From: Acholeplasmataceae bacterium
Lineage (GTDB): Bacteria > Bacillota_I > Bacilli_A > Acholeplasmatales > Acholeplasmataceae
DNA: 64,000 nt
Reading direction: 5' to 3'
NCBI GenBank assembly: GCA_963675245.1
Contig: OY775910.1
Coordinates: 768,001 to 832,000, forward strand
This document shows, piece by piece, positions 1-10,016 of the stretch. Below the pieces are notes generated by a model. The model was not told the origin of the DNA and made no database searches. It saw only the letters and a list, made by a program, of their open reading frames with translations. The translations under genes were made by a program, and so were the position numbers. Position 1 is the first letter of the stretch; each line of letters begins with the position of its first letter.

Positions 1-179
1 GCGGTGAATACGTTCTCGGGGTTTGTACACACCGCCCGTCAAACCACGAAAGTCGACAATACCCAAAGCCGGTGGCCTAACCCGAAAGGGAGGGAGCCGT
101 TTAAGGTAGGGTTGATGATTGGGGTTAAGTCGTAACAAGGTATCCCTACGGGAACGTGGGGATGGATCACCTCCTTTCT
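1..179 (+). rRNA. rrs: 16S rRNA, 3' end (partial)
   Basis: GTACACACCGCCCGTC, AAGTCGTAACAAGG and anti-SD GATCACCTCCTTT. Confidence 0.98.
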
Positions 180-293
180 AAGGAGAAAGGCGAGTCGTAA
201 CAGACTCATTACAATTCTCACTTATGGGTATTCGCAAGAAGACCTGTAAACATTACACTCATCATATTCAGTTTCCAAAGACCCTTAACATAT

Positions 294-370
<77 letters not shown>

Positions 371-414
371 TATAATGATTTATACGGTTTACCCTTTTTT
401 AGTCACAAAAAAAA

Positions 415-490
415 GGGGCCTTAGCTCAGCTGGGAGAGCGCCTGCTTTGCACGCAGGAGGTCAGGGGTTCGAGCCCCCTAGGCTCCACCA
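415..490 (+). tRNA. tRNA-Ala(TGC)
   Basis: GGGGCC acceptor, TT-TGC-AC loop, CCA end. Confidence 0.97.
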
Positions 491-496
491 ATATTA

Positions 497-529
497 AAGA
501 TCTTTGAAAAGTAGATAAAAGCTGTCATA
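497..529 (+). other. 23S precursor processing stem, 5' strand (pairs with ~3550-3580)
   Basis: ATCTTTGAAAAGTAGATAAAAGCTGTCATA is largely complementary to TATGACAGCATTTATCTAGTTTTGAAGGAT. Confidence 0.7.
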
Positions 530-587
530 AAAAAGAAAAGTTGTTTTTAAGGCAAAACAACGTGTTGATTATTCTAACGAATAACAA

Positions 588-3436
<2,849 letters not shown>

Positions 3437-3579
3437 TTAGTTTTGAAAAAACGAATAGCACGAGGGTTTTCCTAAGGAAAGCCAGTGCACAAGTTAACAA
3501 TGAAAGCCTTATAGACAACAAACTCTTGATTTTCCTAGTGAAAAACAAGTATGACAGCATTTATCTAGTTTTGAAGGAT

Positions 3580-3691
3580 TGTCTGGTGGCGATGGCGAAG
3601 TGGACACACCTGTTCCCATCCCGAACACAGCAGTTAAGCACTTCTGCGCCGACGATAGCACTAAGGTGCGAAAATAGGACGCTGCCAGGCA
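3580..3691 (+). rRNA. rrf: 5S rRNA
   Basis: CCCATCCCGAACAC motif; terminal pairing TGTCTGG/CCAGGCA. Confidence 0.95.
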
Positions 3692-3709
3692 TTTCTTTAA
3701 TAATTAAAT

Positions 3710-3785
3710 GGGAGTTTAGCTCAGTTGGGAGAGCATCTGCCTTACAAGCAGAGGGTCAGCGGTTCGAGCCCGTTAACTCCCACCA
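3710..3785 (+). tRNA. tRNA-Val(TAC)
   Basis: Cloverleaf, anticodon TAC, CCA. Confidence 0.96.
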
Positions 3786-3792
3786 TTTAATT

Positions 3793-3868
3793 GCCGAAAT
3801 AGCTCAATCGGTAGAGCAACTGACTTGTAATCAGTAGGTTGCGGGTTCAATTCCTGTTTTCGGCACCA
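3793..3868 (+). tRNA. tRNA-Thr(TGT)
   Basis: Cloverleaf, anticodon TGT, CCA. Confidence 0.96.
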
Positions 3869-3874
3869 CTTTTC

Positions 3875-3950
3875 GACCCGTTAGCTCAGTCGGTAGAGCA
3901 CTTGACTTTTAATCAAGGTGTCGAAGGTTCGATTCCTTCACGGGTCACCA
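3875..3950 (+). tRNA. tRNA-Lys(TTT)
   Basis: Cloverleaf, anticodon TTT, CCA. Confidence 0.96.
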
Positions 3951-3957
3951 CTTTTAT

Positions 3958-4045
3958 GCCCGGATGGTGAAATCGGTAGACACGAAGGACTTAAAATCCT
4001 TTGAGCGATGAGCTCGTGTCGGTTCAAGTCCGACTCCGGGTACCA
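3958..4045 (+). tRNA. tRNA-Leu(TAA)
   Basis: Long variable arm, anticodon TAA, CCA. Confidence 0.95.
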
Positions 4046-4048
4046 ACC

Positions 4049-4124
4049 GGGGCCTTAGCTCAGCTGGGAGAGCGCCTGCTTTGCACGCAGGAGGTCAGGG
4101 GTTCGATCCCCCTAGGCTCCACCA
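4049..4124 (+). tRNA. tRNA-Ala(TGC)
   Basis: Nearly identical to 415-490. Confidence 0.96.
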
Positions 4125-4165
4125 AGAGATGCCTTATGCATCCCTAGTAAAACAAACAATTGAAT

Positions 4166-4243
4166 GGCGGTGTAGCTCAGCTGGTTTAGAGCGTACGGCT
4201 CATACCCGTAAGGTCGAGGGTTCAAGTCCCCCCGCCGCTACCA
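4166..4243 (+). tRNA. tRNA-Met(CAT), elongator
   Basis: Anticodon CAT; position in the Ala-Met-Ile-Ser-fMet-Asp-Phe cluster. Confidence 0.9.
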
Positions 4244-4248
4244 ACTAG

Positions 4249-4325
4249 GGACCCGTAGCTCAGTTGGTTAGAGCAGCCGGCTCATAACCGGCCGGTCGTA
4301 GGTTCGAATCCTACCGGGTCCACCA
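4249..4325 (+). tRNA. tRNA-Ile2(CAT, lysidine type)
   Basis: Anticodon CAT in CCGGCTCATAACCGG arm; Ile2 identity from conserved cluster order. Confidence 0.85.
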
Positions 4326-4365
4326 TTCATTATTTTAAATAGATAAAGCTTATGTTATAATAGTT

Positions 4366-4456
4366 GGAGGAATACCCAAGTCTGGCTGAAGGGACTGGTC
4401 TTGAAAACCAGCAGGCTGTCAAAGGCGCGGGGGTTCGAATCCCTCTTCCTCCGCCA
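4366..4456 (+). tRNA. tRNA-Ser(TGA)
   Basis: Long variable arm, anticodon TGA, GCCA end. Confidence 0.95.
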
Positions 4457-4490
4457 CTAAGAAATTCCTTTAACTAAAGTTTAAATATAT

Positions 4491-4567
<77 letters not shown>

Positions 4568-4576
4568 AAAAAATTC

Positions 4577-4652
4577 GGTCCGGTGGTGTAGGGGTTAACA
4601 TGCCTGCCTGTCACGCAGGAGATCGCGGGTTCAATTCCCGTCCGGACCGCCA
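4577..4652 (+). tRNA. tRNA-Asp(GTC)
   Basis: Cloverleaf, anticodon GTC. Confidence 0.96.
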
Positions 4653-4657
4653 TACTT

Positions 4658-4733
4658 GGCTCTGTAGCTCAGTCGGTAGAGCAAAGGACTGAAAATCCTT
4701 GTGTCGGCAGTTCAATTCTGCCCGGAGCCACCA
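4658..4733 (+). tRNA. tRNA-Phe(GAA), anchor of the cassette array
   Basis: AAGGA-CTGAAAA-TCCTT anticodon arm, CCA end; last tRNA of the cluster. Confidence 0.97.
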
Positions 4734-4747
4734 TGGAGACCTTAAAT

Positions 4748-4774
4748 AAGCCATTTATAGTGGCTTTTTCTTTT
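4748..4774 (+). terminator. Intrinsic terminator of the tRNA cluster (copied in the array repeats)
   Basis: AAGCCAT-ttata-GTGGCTT followed by a T tract. Confidence 0.85.
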
Positions 4775-4864
4775 ATAAAACGCTTAAAAGTCAATCATTT
4801 GATTATATATTGTCTAGATTAATTAAACAATGGTATAATAAAAGAAAATTGTTGGTGGGGATTT

Positions 4865-5416
4865 ATGAAAAAAATTCTAATAGTTTTATTGTTTATTTTT
4901 TTGCTAACTGGTTGTGCTAAACAACGAACGGAAAATATTGTTGAAGATTTAAATGAGAGCAGTAATTTTGAATATGGCTTATTAATAGAAGTCACTAGTG
5001 ATATTAAAACTCATTTCAATATTAGTCCCGGTTTTGGAGTATATACACTTTTTGATTCATCCATTGAAATAGATATTCAGCAGGAAAGCATTCTAAGTTA
5101 TATAGATGAATATGAAACAACCACATATGATGTAACAGCATATCCAGATTATTCTGATGGTGGAGAATATATTACAATGATTTGGACGACCGATCCAGAT
5201 GTTCATATTTATGACTTATCTGTAGGTGATTCATATACTGAAGAGGAACTAAGTGAATATATGTTATCTTTAGGATTCACTCGAACAAACGATTCAGAAA
5301 ATATATTTATGTATAATAAAGAGCGATTAAATATTTCGATCTTCGTTGAGAGTAACATCATCACGAAGATGTATGTAAGAGTAGATATTACTAATAGATG
5401 GAATATTCAGTATTAA
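4865..5416 (+). CDS. Cassette 1: hypothetical lipoprotein
   Basis: MKK-hydrophobic-LLTGC lipobox; TGGTATAAT at 4831. Confidence 0.85.
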   Translation: MKKILIVLLFIFLLTGCAKQRTENIVEDLNESSNFEYGLLIEVTSDIKTHFNISPGFGVYTLFDSSIEIDIQQESILSYIDEYETTTYDVTAYPDYSDGGEYITMIWTTDPDVHIYDLSVGDSYTEEELSEYMLSLGFTRTNDSENIFMYNKERLNISIFVESNIITKMYVRVDITNRWNIQY

Positions 5417-5444
5417 TTAATAGAATGAATTAGTAAAAGTTGCT

Positions 5445-5538
5445 TGAAACGACTGAAAATCCTTGTGTCGGCAGTTCAATTCTGCCCGGAGCCACCATGG
5501 AGACCTTAAATAAGCCATTGATAGTGGCTTTTTCTTTT
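5445..5538 (+). repeat. R1: TGAAAC + tRNA-Phe 3' half + terminator
   Basis: 5451-5538 matches 4687-4774 at 87/88 nt. Confidence 0.98.
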
Positions 5539-5633
5539 GTATATGGGGAAGCTTGTCCTTGTATTAACCAAGTATTGTCCTCATTTGAAACTAATGCTAT
5601 AATTAAATTAATTAACACATGGGGGTAGAATTG

Positions 5634-6110
5634 ATGAAAAAAATAATTTTAATTTTTTTTGCAACATTCGTAGTTTTATTTATGTCAGCATGTAAACCAT
5701 ATACATATAACGGAAAAGAAATCGAGTCATTAAAATTCGTTGATATTGATTATTTTGGAGACTATAGACATGAATCAATCATTGATCTACAAAATGGAGA
5801 AGTACTCCACAGACAGTACTCGCCTGAAATCCCAACCCCAGATTATGAAATAGATTTTACATTTGATACTTCCGAAGTTGATTCTTTTTTGGATGAGTTT
5901 GGTTCATCAGGCATATTCAATTTAAAAGAAGAATATCATACAATCTATCATGTTGATGATGGTGGCGGATGGATATTTACAATTTATTATTCAGATGGAA
6001 CCGAAAAAACATCTACAGGAGATAATTATTGGTTAACGAAAGTTTTTGAAAAAGCAGGAACAGCGACTATCAATTTATACGGAGATAATTTATTTGATCC
6101 AGTACACTAG
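5634..6110 (+). CDS. Cassette 2: hypothetical lipoprotein
   Basis: MKKIILIFFATFVVLFMSAC lipobox; GGGGG RBS; TTGTCC-17-TATAAT promoter. Confidence 0.85.
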   Translation: MKKIILIFFATFVVLFMSACKPYTYNGKEIESLKFVDIDYFGDYRHESIIDLQNGEVLHRQYSPEIPTPDYEIDFTFDTSEVDSFLDEFGSSGIFNLKEEYHTIYHVDDGGGWIFTIYYSDGTEKTSTGDNYWLTKVFEKAGTATINLYGDNLFDPVH

Positions 6111-6131
6111 TCGATATATAGTTTGGCAGTA

Positions 6132-6223
6132 TGAAACGACTGAAAATTCTTGTGTCAGCGGTTCAATTCTGCCCGGAGCCACCATGGAGACCTTAAATAA
6201 GCCATTTATGATGGCTATTTCTT
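6132..6223 (+). repeat. R2: full repeat
   Basis: TGAAACGACTGAAAATTCTTGTGTCAGCGGTTCAATTCTGCCCGGAGCCACCATGGAGACCTTAAATAAGCCAT...ATGGCT. Confidence 0.97.
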
Positions 6224-6268
6224 ATTGAAGATGATATAATCAAAATATGATTTCAGGGGGTTACACTT

Positions 6269-6811
6269 ATGAAGAAGACTATTATATTTTTCATGATGAT
6301 ATTAATTTGTGTATTACTTTATTCTTGTAATGGATATAATAATTTAATGTATGATCACTTGAGTGATTTGAATAATTATATATCAGTTACGGGAACGATA
6401 GAAAATATAGTATTTTTTGATGCAGATTGGAATGAATTGAATTGGGATTTATCTGATGATGATATTCCGGATTTATATGAACACTTATGCATATATATCA
6501 AGTTTTACTCTGAAGATGACTATCTGCAATTCACAGGAACATCAAATATTCCCGAAAATTTTGAGTATCAGTCAGTATCTATAATGTTTGATATGATTAA
6601 AACAAATATTGAAATATTAAACGAGAATAGCTTTTTTAAAGAATCGATGATTGATGAAGAAGTTTCAATAGTTACTTCAAATTGGATATATATGGATACA
6701 AATTTTTTTCAAATAGTTGGGCTGAGCTTTGAGGAGATTTCCTACCTTGATCCAGAAGAAGGGTTAAATAATTATAGTACTTATATGGAAGACAATAGTT
6801 CATTGTTTTAG
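6269..6811 (+). CDS. Cassette 3: hypothetical acidic lipoprotein
   Basis: MKK-hydrophobic-LLYSC; TGATATAAT and AGGGGG upstream. Confidence 0.8.
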   Translation: MKKTIIFFMMILICVLLYSCNGYNNLMYDHLSDLNNYISVTGTIENIVFFDADWNELNWDLSDDDIPDLYEHLCIYIKFYSEDDYLQFTGTSNIPENFEYQSVSIMFDMIKTNIEILNENSFFKESMIDEEVSIVTSNWIYMDTNFFQIVGLSFEEISYLDPEEGLNNYSTYMEDNSSLF

Positions 6812-6825
6812 AAAGAAAGGGTACG

Positions 6826-6919
6826 TGTAACGACTGAAAATCCTTGTGTCGGCAGTTCAATTCTGCCCTGAGCAACCACGGAGACCTTAAATAAGCCATT
6901 TGTGATGGCTTATTCTTTT
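6826..6919 (+). repeat. R3: full repeat (GCAACCACGG allele)
   Basis: TGTAACGACTGAAAATCCTTGTGTCGGCAGTTCAATTCTGCCCTGAGCAACCACGGAGACC plus hairpin. Confidence 0.97.
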
Positions 6920-7008
6920 GTAAATTCAGTAAAAGTCCTTTTGCTTACTACGTTTTGTCGAAAACTAAATAGTAATGATATAATTAAAGAAAACTTTTTG
7001 GGGATCAC

Positions 7009-7512
7009 ATGAAAATAGAATATTTTATGATTGAACTTAAAGACATTTTAAAATCCTATTACTGTATATGGTATTTTTCTGAAAATAGCGAAAAGGATTT
7101 TTTAGTTAAAAGCAACAATAAGATTGCCGTATTTGATTATATTGAATCTGTAATTTTATATGCAAGTGTGAATAATATTGGATTATTGGATGAAAAACAG
7201 CATGCAATATACGATTTAAATTATATTCAAGATTTAGTTAATGGAAAAACATCTCACATTGATTGTAGCGATATACTTGATTTTTGGAATATAGTTGATG
7301 CAATATGTAATACACTGAATATTGTTTTCATTGGATTGGAACATAGATTTGATAAACTGTATGATAAATTATTCAGAGGATGTAATACAATATTAAATAA
7401 AGAAATATACACACCTCAATGGAGTAAAAGCGAAATTAATCAGATAAAAAAGTTATTGACAGAATTCCTATTGATTATTAGCAATGTGTTAAAAGGTGCA
7501 CGAAACGACTGA
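7009..7512 (+). CDS. Cassette 4: hypothetical protein (stop codon inside R4)
   Basis: 167-aa ORF with GGGGA RBS and TGATATAAT. Confidence 0.8.
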   Translation: MKIEYFMIELKDILKSYYCIWYFSENSEKDFLVKSNNKIAVFDYIESVILYASVNNIGLLDEKQHAIYDLNYIQDLVNGKTSHIDCSDILDFWNIVDAICNTLNIVFIGLEHRFDKLYDKLFRGCNTILNKEIYTPQWSKSEINQIKKLLTEFLLIISNVLKGARND

Positions 7513-7594
7513 AATTCCTTGTGTCGGCAGTTCAATTCTGCCCGGAGCAACCACGGAGATCTTAAATAAGCCATTGATAGTGGCTTTTTCTTTT
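7501..7594 (+). repeat. R4: full repeat (GCAACCACGG allele)
   Basis: CGAAACGACTGAAATTCCTTGTGTCGGCAGTTCAATTCTGCCCGGAGCAACCACGGAGATC plus hairpin. Confidence 0.97.
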
Positions 7595-7682
7595 GGAGAA
7601 TCATCAATAATCCCTTTGTCAACAATGCCTTGTCTAATTTTCATGAATAATATATAATTAAATAAAAAAGTGGGGAGTATAT

Positions 7683-7988
7683 ATGACACCAGAGATGGAA
7701 AAACTTTACAACAGTCTTAGTACGGTTAAAGTTAAAAATGTTGCACAAGCATATGATTATTTAGGTAACGAAGTAAATGGGCTTGATATGGATCATAAAT
7801 TGTCGTTTGAGATGACTCTAGAAGCTTTAAAGAACGTCAATAAAGATTATAAATTATTAAAAAAATATTATAAAGGTAAAATCGATACTAATCTTGAAAG
7901 TGTTTATACTAAGTATCCAGAAGATTCAGAAGAATATTTCTTTTTAAAGTGCTTAATTAGATTGACTGAATATAATGTCACGAGATAG
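7683..7988 (+). CDS. Cassette 5: hypothetical protein
   Basis: 101-aa ORF, GGGGAG RBS, TTGTCT-17-TATAAT. Confidence 0.8.
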   Translation: MTPEMEKLYNSLSTVKVKNVAQAYDYLGNEVNGLDMDHKLSFEMTLEALKNVNKDYKLLKKYYKGKIDTNLESVYTKYPEDSEEYFFLKCLIRLTEYNVTR

Positions 7989-8007
7989 AGGGTTTGACAT
8001 TTGTGTA

Positions 8008-8026
8008 TGAAACGACTGAAAATCTT
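8008..8026 (+). repeat. R5: truncated repeat (core only)
   Basis: (GTA)TGAAACGACTGAAAATCTT, then diverges. Confidence 0.9.
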
Positions 8027-8055
8027 TATATTTACTCGTAAAAGGGGAAGTTAAA

Positions 8056-8370
8056 ATGATATTGTCTGAAAAAACAGATTTAAGTTTCTTTCACGACTCA
8101 AGAGTTGGTGAGATTAATTATAATTATGCGAGCAAATCTTTAATTTTTCACTTGTGTTTAGATAGTTCATCATCAATTAGAAGAGAAGTTGAACTCAAAG
8201 CTAACATTGTTTTTTCTGTAGAATTAAATTCGATAGAGCCTTGGGGACCAGGAATATACATAAATGAGGTCACATTAGAAGATAAAATAGAATTTAAAAG
8301 GCTATCAATAATAATAAATTCAGGAGATATATTTGTTATTGATGCAAATTTATTTGAAATAATTATTTAA
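8056..8370 (+). CDS. Cassette 6: hypothetical protein (FHD motif; possibly immunity-like)
   Basis: 104-aa ORF, AGGGGA RBS. Confidence 0.75.
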   Translation: MILSEKTDLSFFHDSRVGEINYNYASKSLIFHLCLDSSSSIRREVELKANIVFSVELNSIEPWGPGIYINEVTLEDKIEFKRLSIIINSGDIFVIDANLFEIII

Positions 8371-8376
8371 CATGCA

Positions 8377-8400
8377 TGAAACGACTGAAAATCCTTGTGT
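8377..8400 (+). repeat. R6: truncated repeat
   Basis: TGAAACGACTGAAAATCCTTGTGT fused directly to TATAAT. Confidence 0.93.
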
Positions 8401-8455
8401 TATAATTATATAATTTAATAACAGGAACAAAAAACTAAGTAAGGAAGAAAATGTC

Positions 8456-8854
8456 ATGAAAACATTAAAGGATATTGAAATTAAGGATTTCAATGAAAGT
8501 AATCTCATTAGATTTAAAAATATAAATATTGATGAAGATACCGAAGTTTACAATGTCACCATGCATGTTTTTGTTAAGAATAATTTTCTACAATGCATAT
8601 CAGAATCATTGACTTTTCATTCTAAAGAACTGTTAACATTTTTTGATAACTGCAAAGACATTTATGATAAATTGACCGGAAACACAACTATTGAATCGAT
8701 AGAAAACAAAAAATGTATATTGACATTGAAAGCAATAAGCAAAGGATATATTGAAATATCTGGAACAATAGAGCAATTAATTGGTTCAAACAAGTGCGAA
8801 TTTACTCTACTTTTTGATCAAACATGTCTCAAGGATAAATTTAACATATCATAG
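8456..8854 (+). CDS. Cassette 7: hypothetical protein, possibly WapI-like immunity family
   Basis: 132 aa; IYDKLTG...KGYIEISGTI...FDQTCL pattern. Confidence 0.7.
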   Translation: MKTLKDIEIKDFNESNLIRFKNINIDEDTEVYNVTMHVFVKNNFLQCISESLTFHSKELLTFFDNCKDIYDKLTGNTTIESIENKKCILTLKAISKGYIEISGTIEQLIGSNKCEFTLLFDQTCLKDKFNIS

Positions 8855-8889
8855 AATTCTCAAATTATTATATTAGTGAAGTTGTTGCA

Positions 8890-8980
8890 GGAAACGACTG
8901 AAAATCCTTGTGTCGACAGTTCAATTCTGCCTGGAGCCACCATGGAGACCTTAAATAAGCCATTCAATATGGCTTTTTTT
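8890..8980 (+). repeat. R7: full repeat
   Basis: GGAAACGACTGAAAATCCTTGTGTCGACAGTTCAATTCTGCCTGGAGCCACCATGGAGACC plus hairpin. Confidence 0.97.
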
Positions 8981-9032
8981 ATTTCACTTTGATATAATTT
9001 AGTTAAGTAAATACGCAATTGGGGAGAAAAAT

Positions 9033-9455
9033 ATGATTAAATTCAGTTTTGTTAAATCAATCAAAAATGATTATGCTTTATTTGGTTCTGCAATAGTAGT
9101 AATACTGTTAATACCCTTTGTAGTTTATAATATTGTAAAAGGTGAATTTAATGCTGTATATGTTTTTGGATCAATAGATTTGTGCTTTATATTTTTATTT
9201 TTATGGCGGTTACTTGTAATCAAATCATATTTTAATGATTCTATAGAATTAGAAGGAACAATAACTAAAATTTGGTTTTATAAAGATAGAGGAAGAGTGG
9301 AATTTTACTATAAAATCGAAACCCGTGAATTTGGAAAGGGACATGCAATAATGAAGACAAAAGCTACTTTAGCATTAAATAAAGGCCAAAAAGTCAAACT
9401 ACTAATTAAAAATAGAAATCACCAGAAAGCAATTATTGCTGACTTGTATTCGTAG
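9033..9455 (+). CDS. Cassette 8: two-TM membrane protein with basic beta-rich C-terminal domain (DUF3592-like)
   Basis: Two hydrophobic segments, then GTIT...VEFYY...KGQKVKLL. Confidence 0.75.
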   Translation: MIKFSFVKSIKNDYALFGSAIVVILLIPFVVYNIVKGEFNAVYVFGSIDLCFIFLFLWRLLVIKSYFNDSIELEGTITKIWFYKDRGRVEFYYKIETREFGKGHAIMKTKATLALNKGQKVKLLIKNRNHQKAIIADLYS

Positions 9456-9479
9456 AAACATACAATATTTTATTTATGA

Positions 9480-9500
9480 GTATTAAACGGCAGAAAATTC
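9480..9500 (+). repeat. R8: degenerate core-only repeat
   Basis: GTATTAAACGGCAGAAAATTC matches GTATGAAACGACTGAAAATCC at 17/21, in the expected intergenic position. Confidence 0.75.
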
Positions 9501-9509
9501 AGTATTTTT

Positions 9510-9824
9510 GTGGAGAAACCAAATAGAATAATGCAAAAGACTGATTATCGAAAAGAATTGCTTATTGAATTTTCTTTCCTTGATATTGACAAAAAAAGAG
9601 ATTATTCCTTATACAGACCTCATCTTGTTGTACAAGGAGATTCAGAATATTTAGGTATAGCGTTTTATGCTGATACCATAAAAAAAGAAGGAAATAAATA
9701 TACAGCAAGAATTCATTGCATATATGAAGGTGTAAATTATAATAAACTACTCTCAAATGTTTTATTTGAAATAAGGGAGGGACCCATTATTTTAGCTAAA
9801 GGAAGGGTATTGAAGGAATTATAA
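9510..9824 (+). CDS. Cassette 9: stand-alone EF-Tu domain III-like protein (start uncertain, 9510 or 9531)
   Basis: YRPHLV...FEIREGPIILAKGRV resembles EF-Tu YRPQFY...FAIREGGRTVGAGVV. Confidence 0.7.
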   Translation: MEKPNRIMQKTDYRKELLIEFSFLDIDKKRDYSLYRPHLVVQGDSEYLGIAFYADTIKKEGNKYTARIHCIYEGVNYNKLLSNVLFEIREGPIILAKGRVLKEL

Positions 9825-9844
9825 TCTAACGTCACCGGTTTGTA

Positions 9845-9927
9845 TGAAACGACTGAAAATCCTTGTGTCGGCAGTTCAATTAACCAAGGAGACCTAAAAT
9901 AAGCCATTCTATGTGGCTTTTTCTTTT
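9845..9927 (+). repeat. R9: repeat with internal deletion
   Basis: ...GGCAGTTCAATT^AACCAAGGAGACC; lacks CTGCCCGGAGC. Confidence 0.96.
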
Positions 9928-10016
9928 ATATAAAGGGAGATTGTCGTTCTATCGATTGTATCTTGTTCAACTTTAATGAATAGTGTTATAATTAAAGAAA
10001 ATATTGGAGGGCCAAT

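Noticed and set aside
5430..7689. Similar short ORFs (5430-5618, 5440-5628, 6046-6228, 6672-6899, 7440-7625, 7489-7689) that look like a peptide family
   Set aside because: Their similarity is just translation of the tRNA-derived repeat; they lack RBSs and have inconsistent frames and ends.
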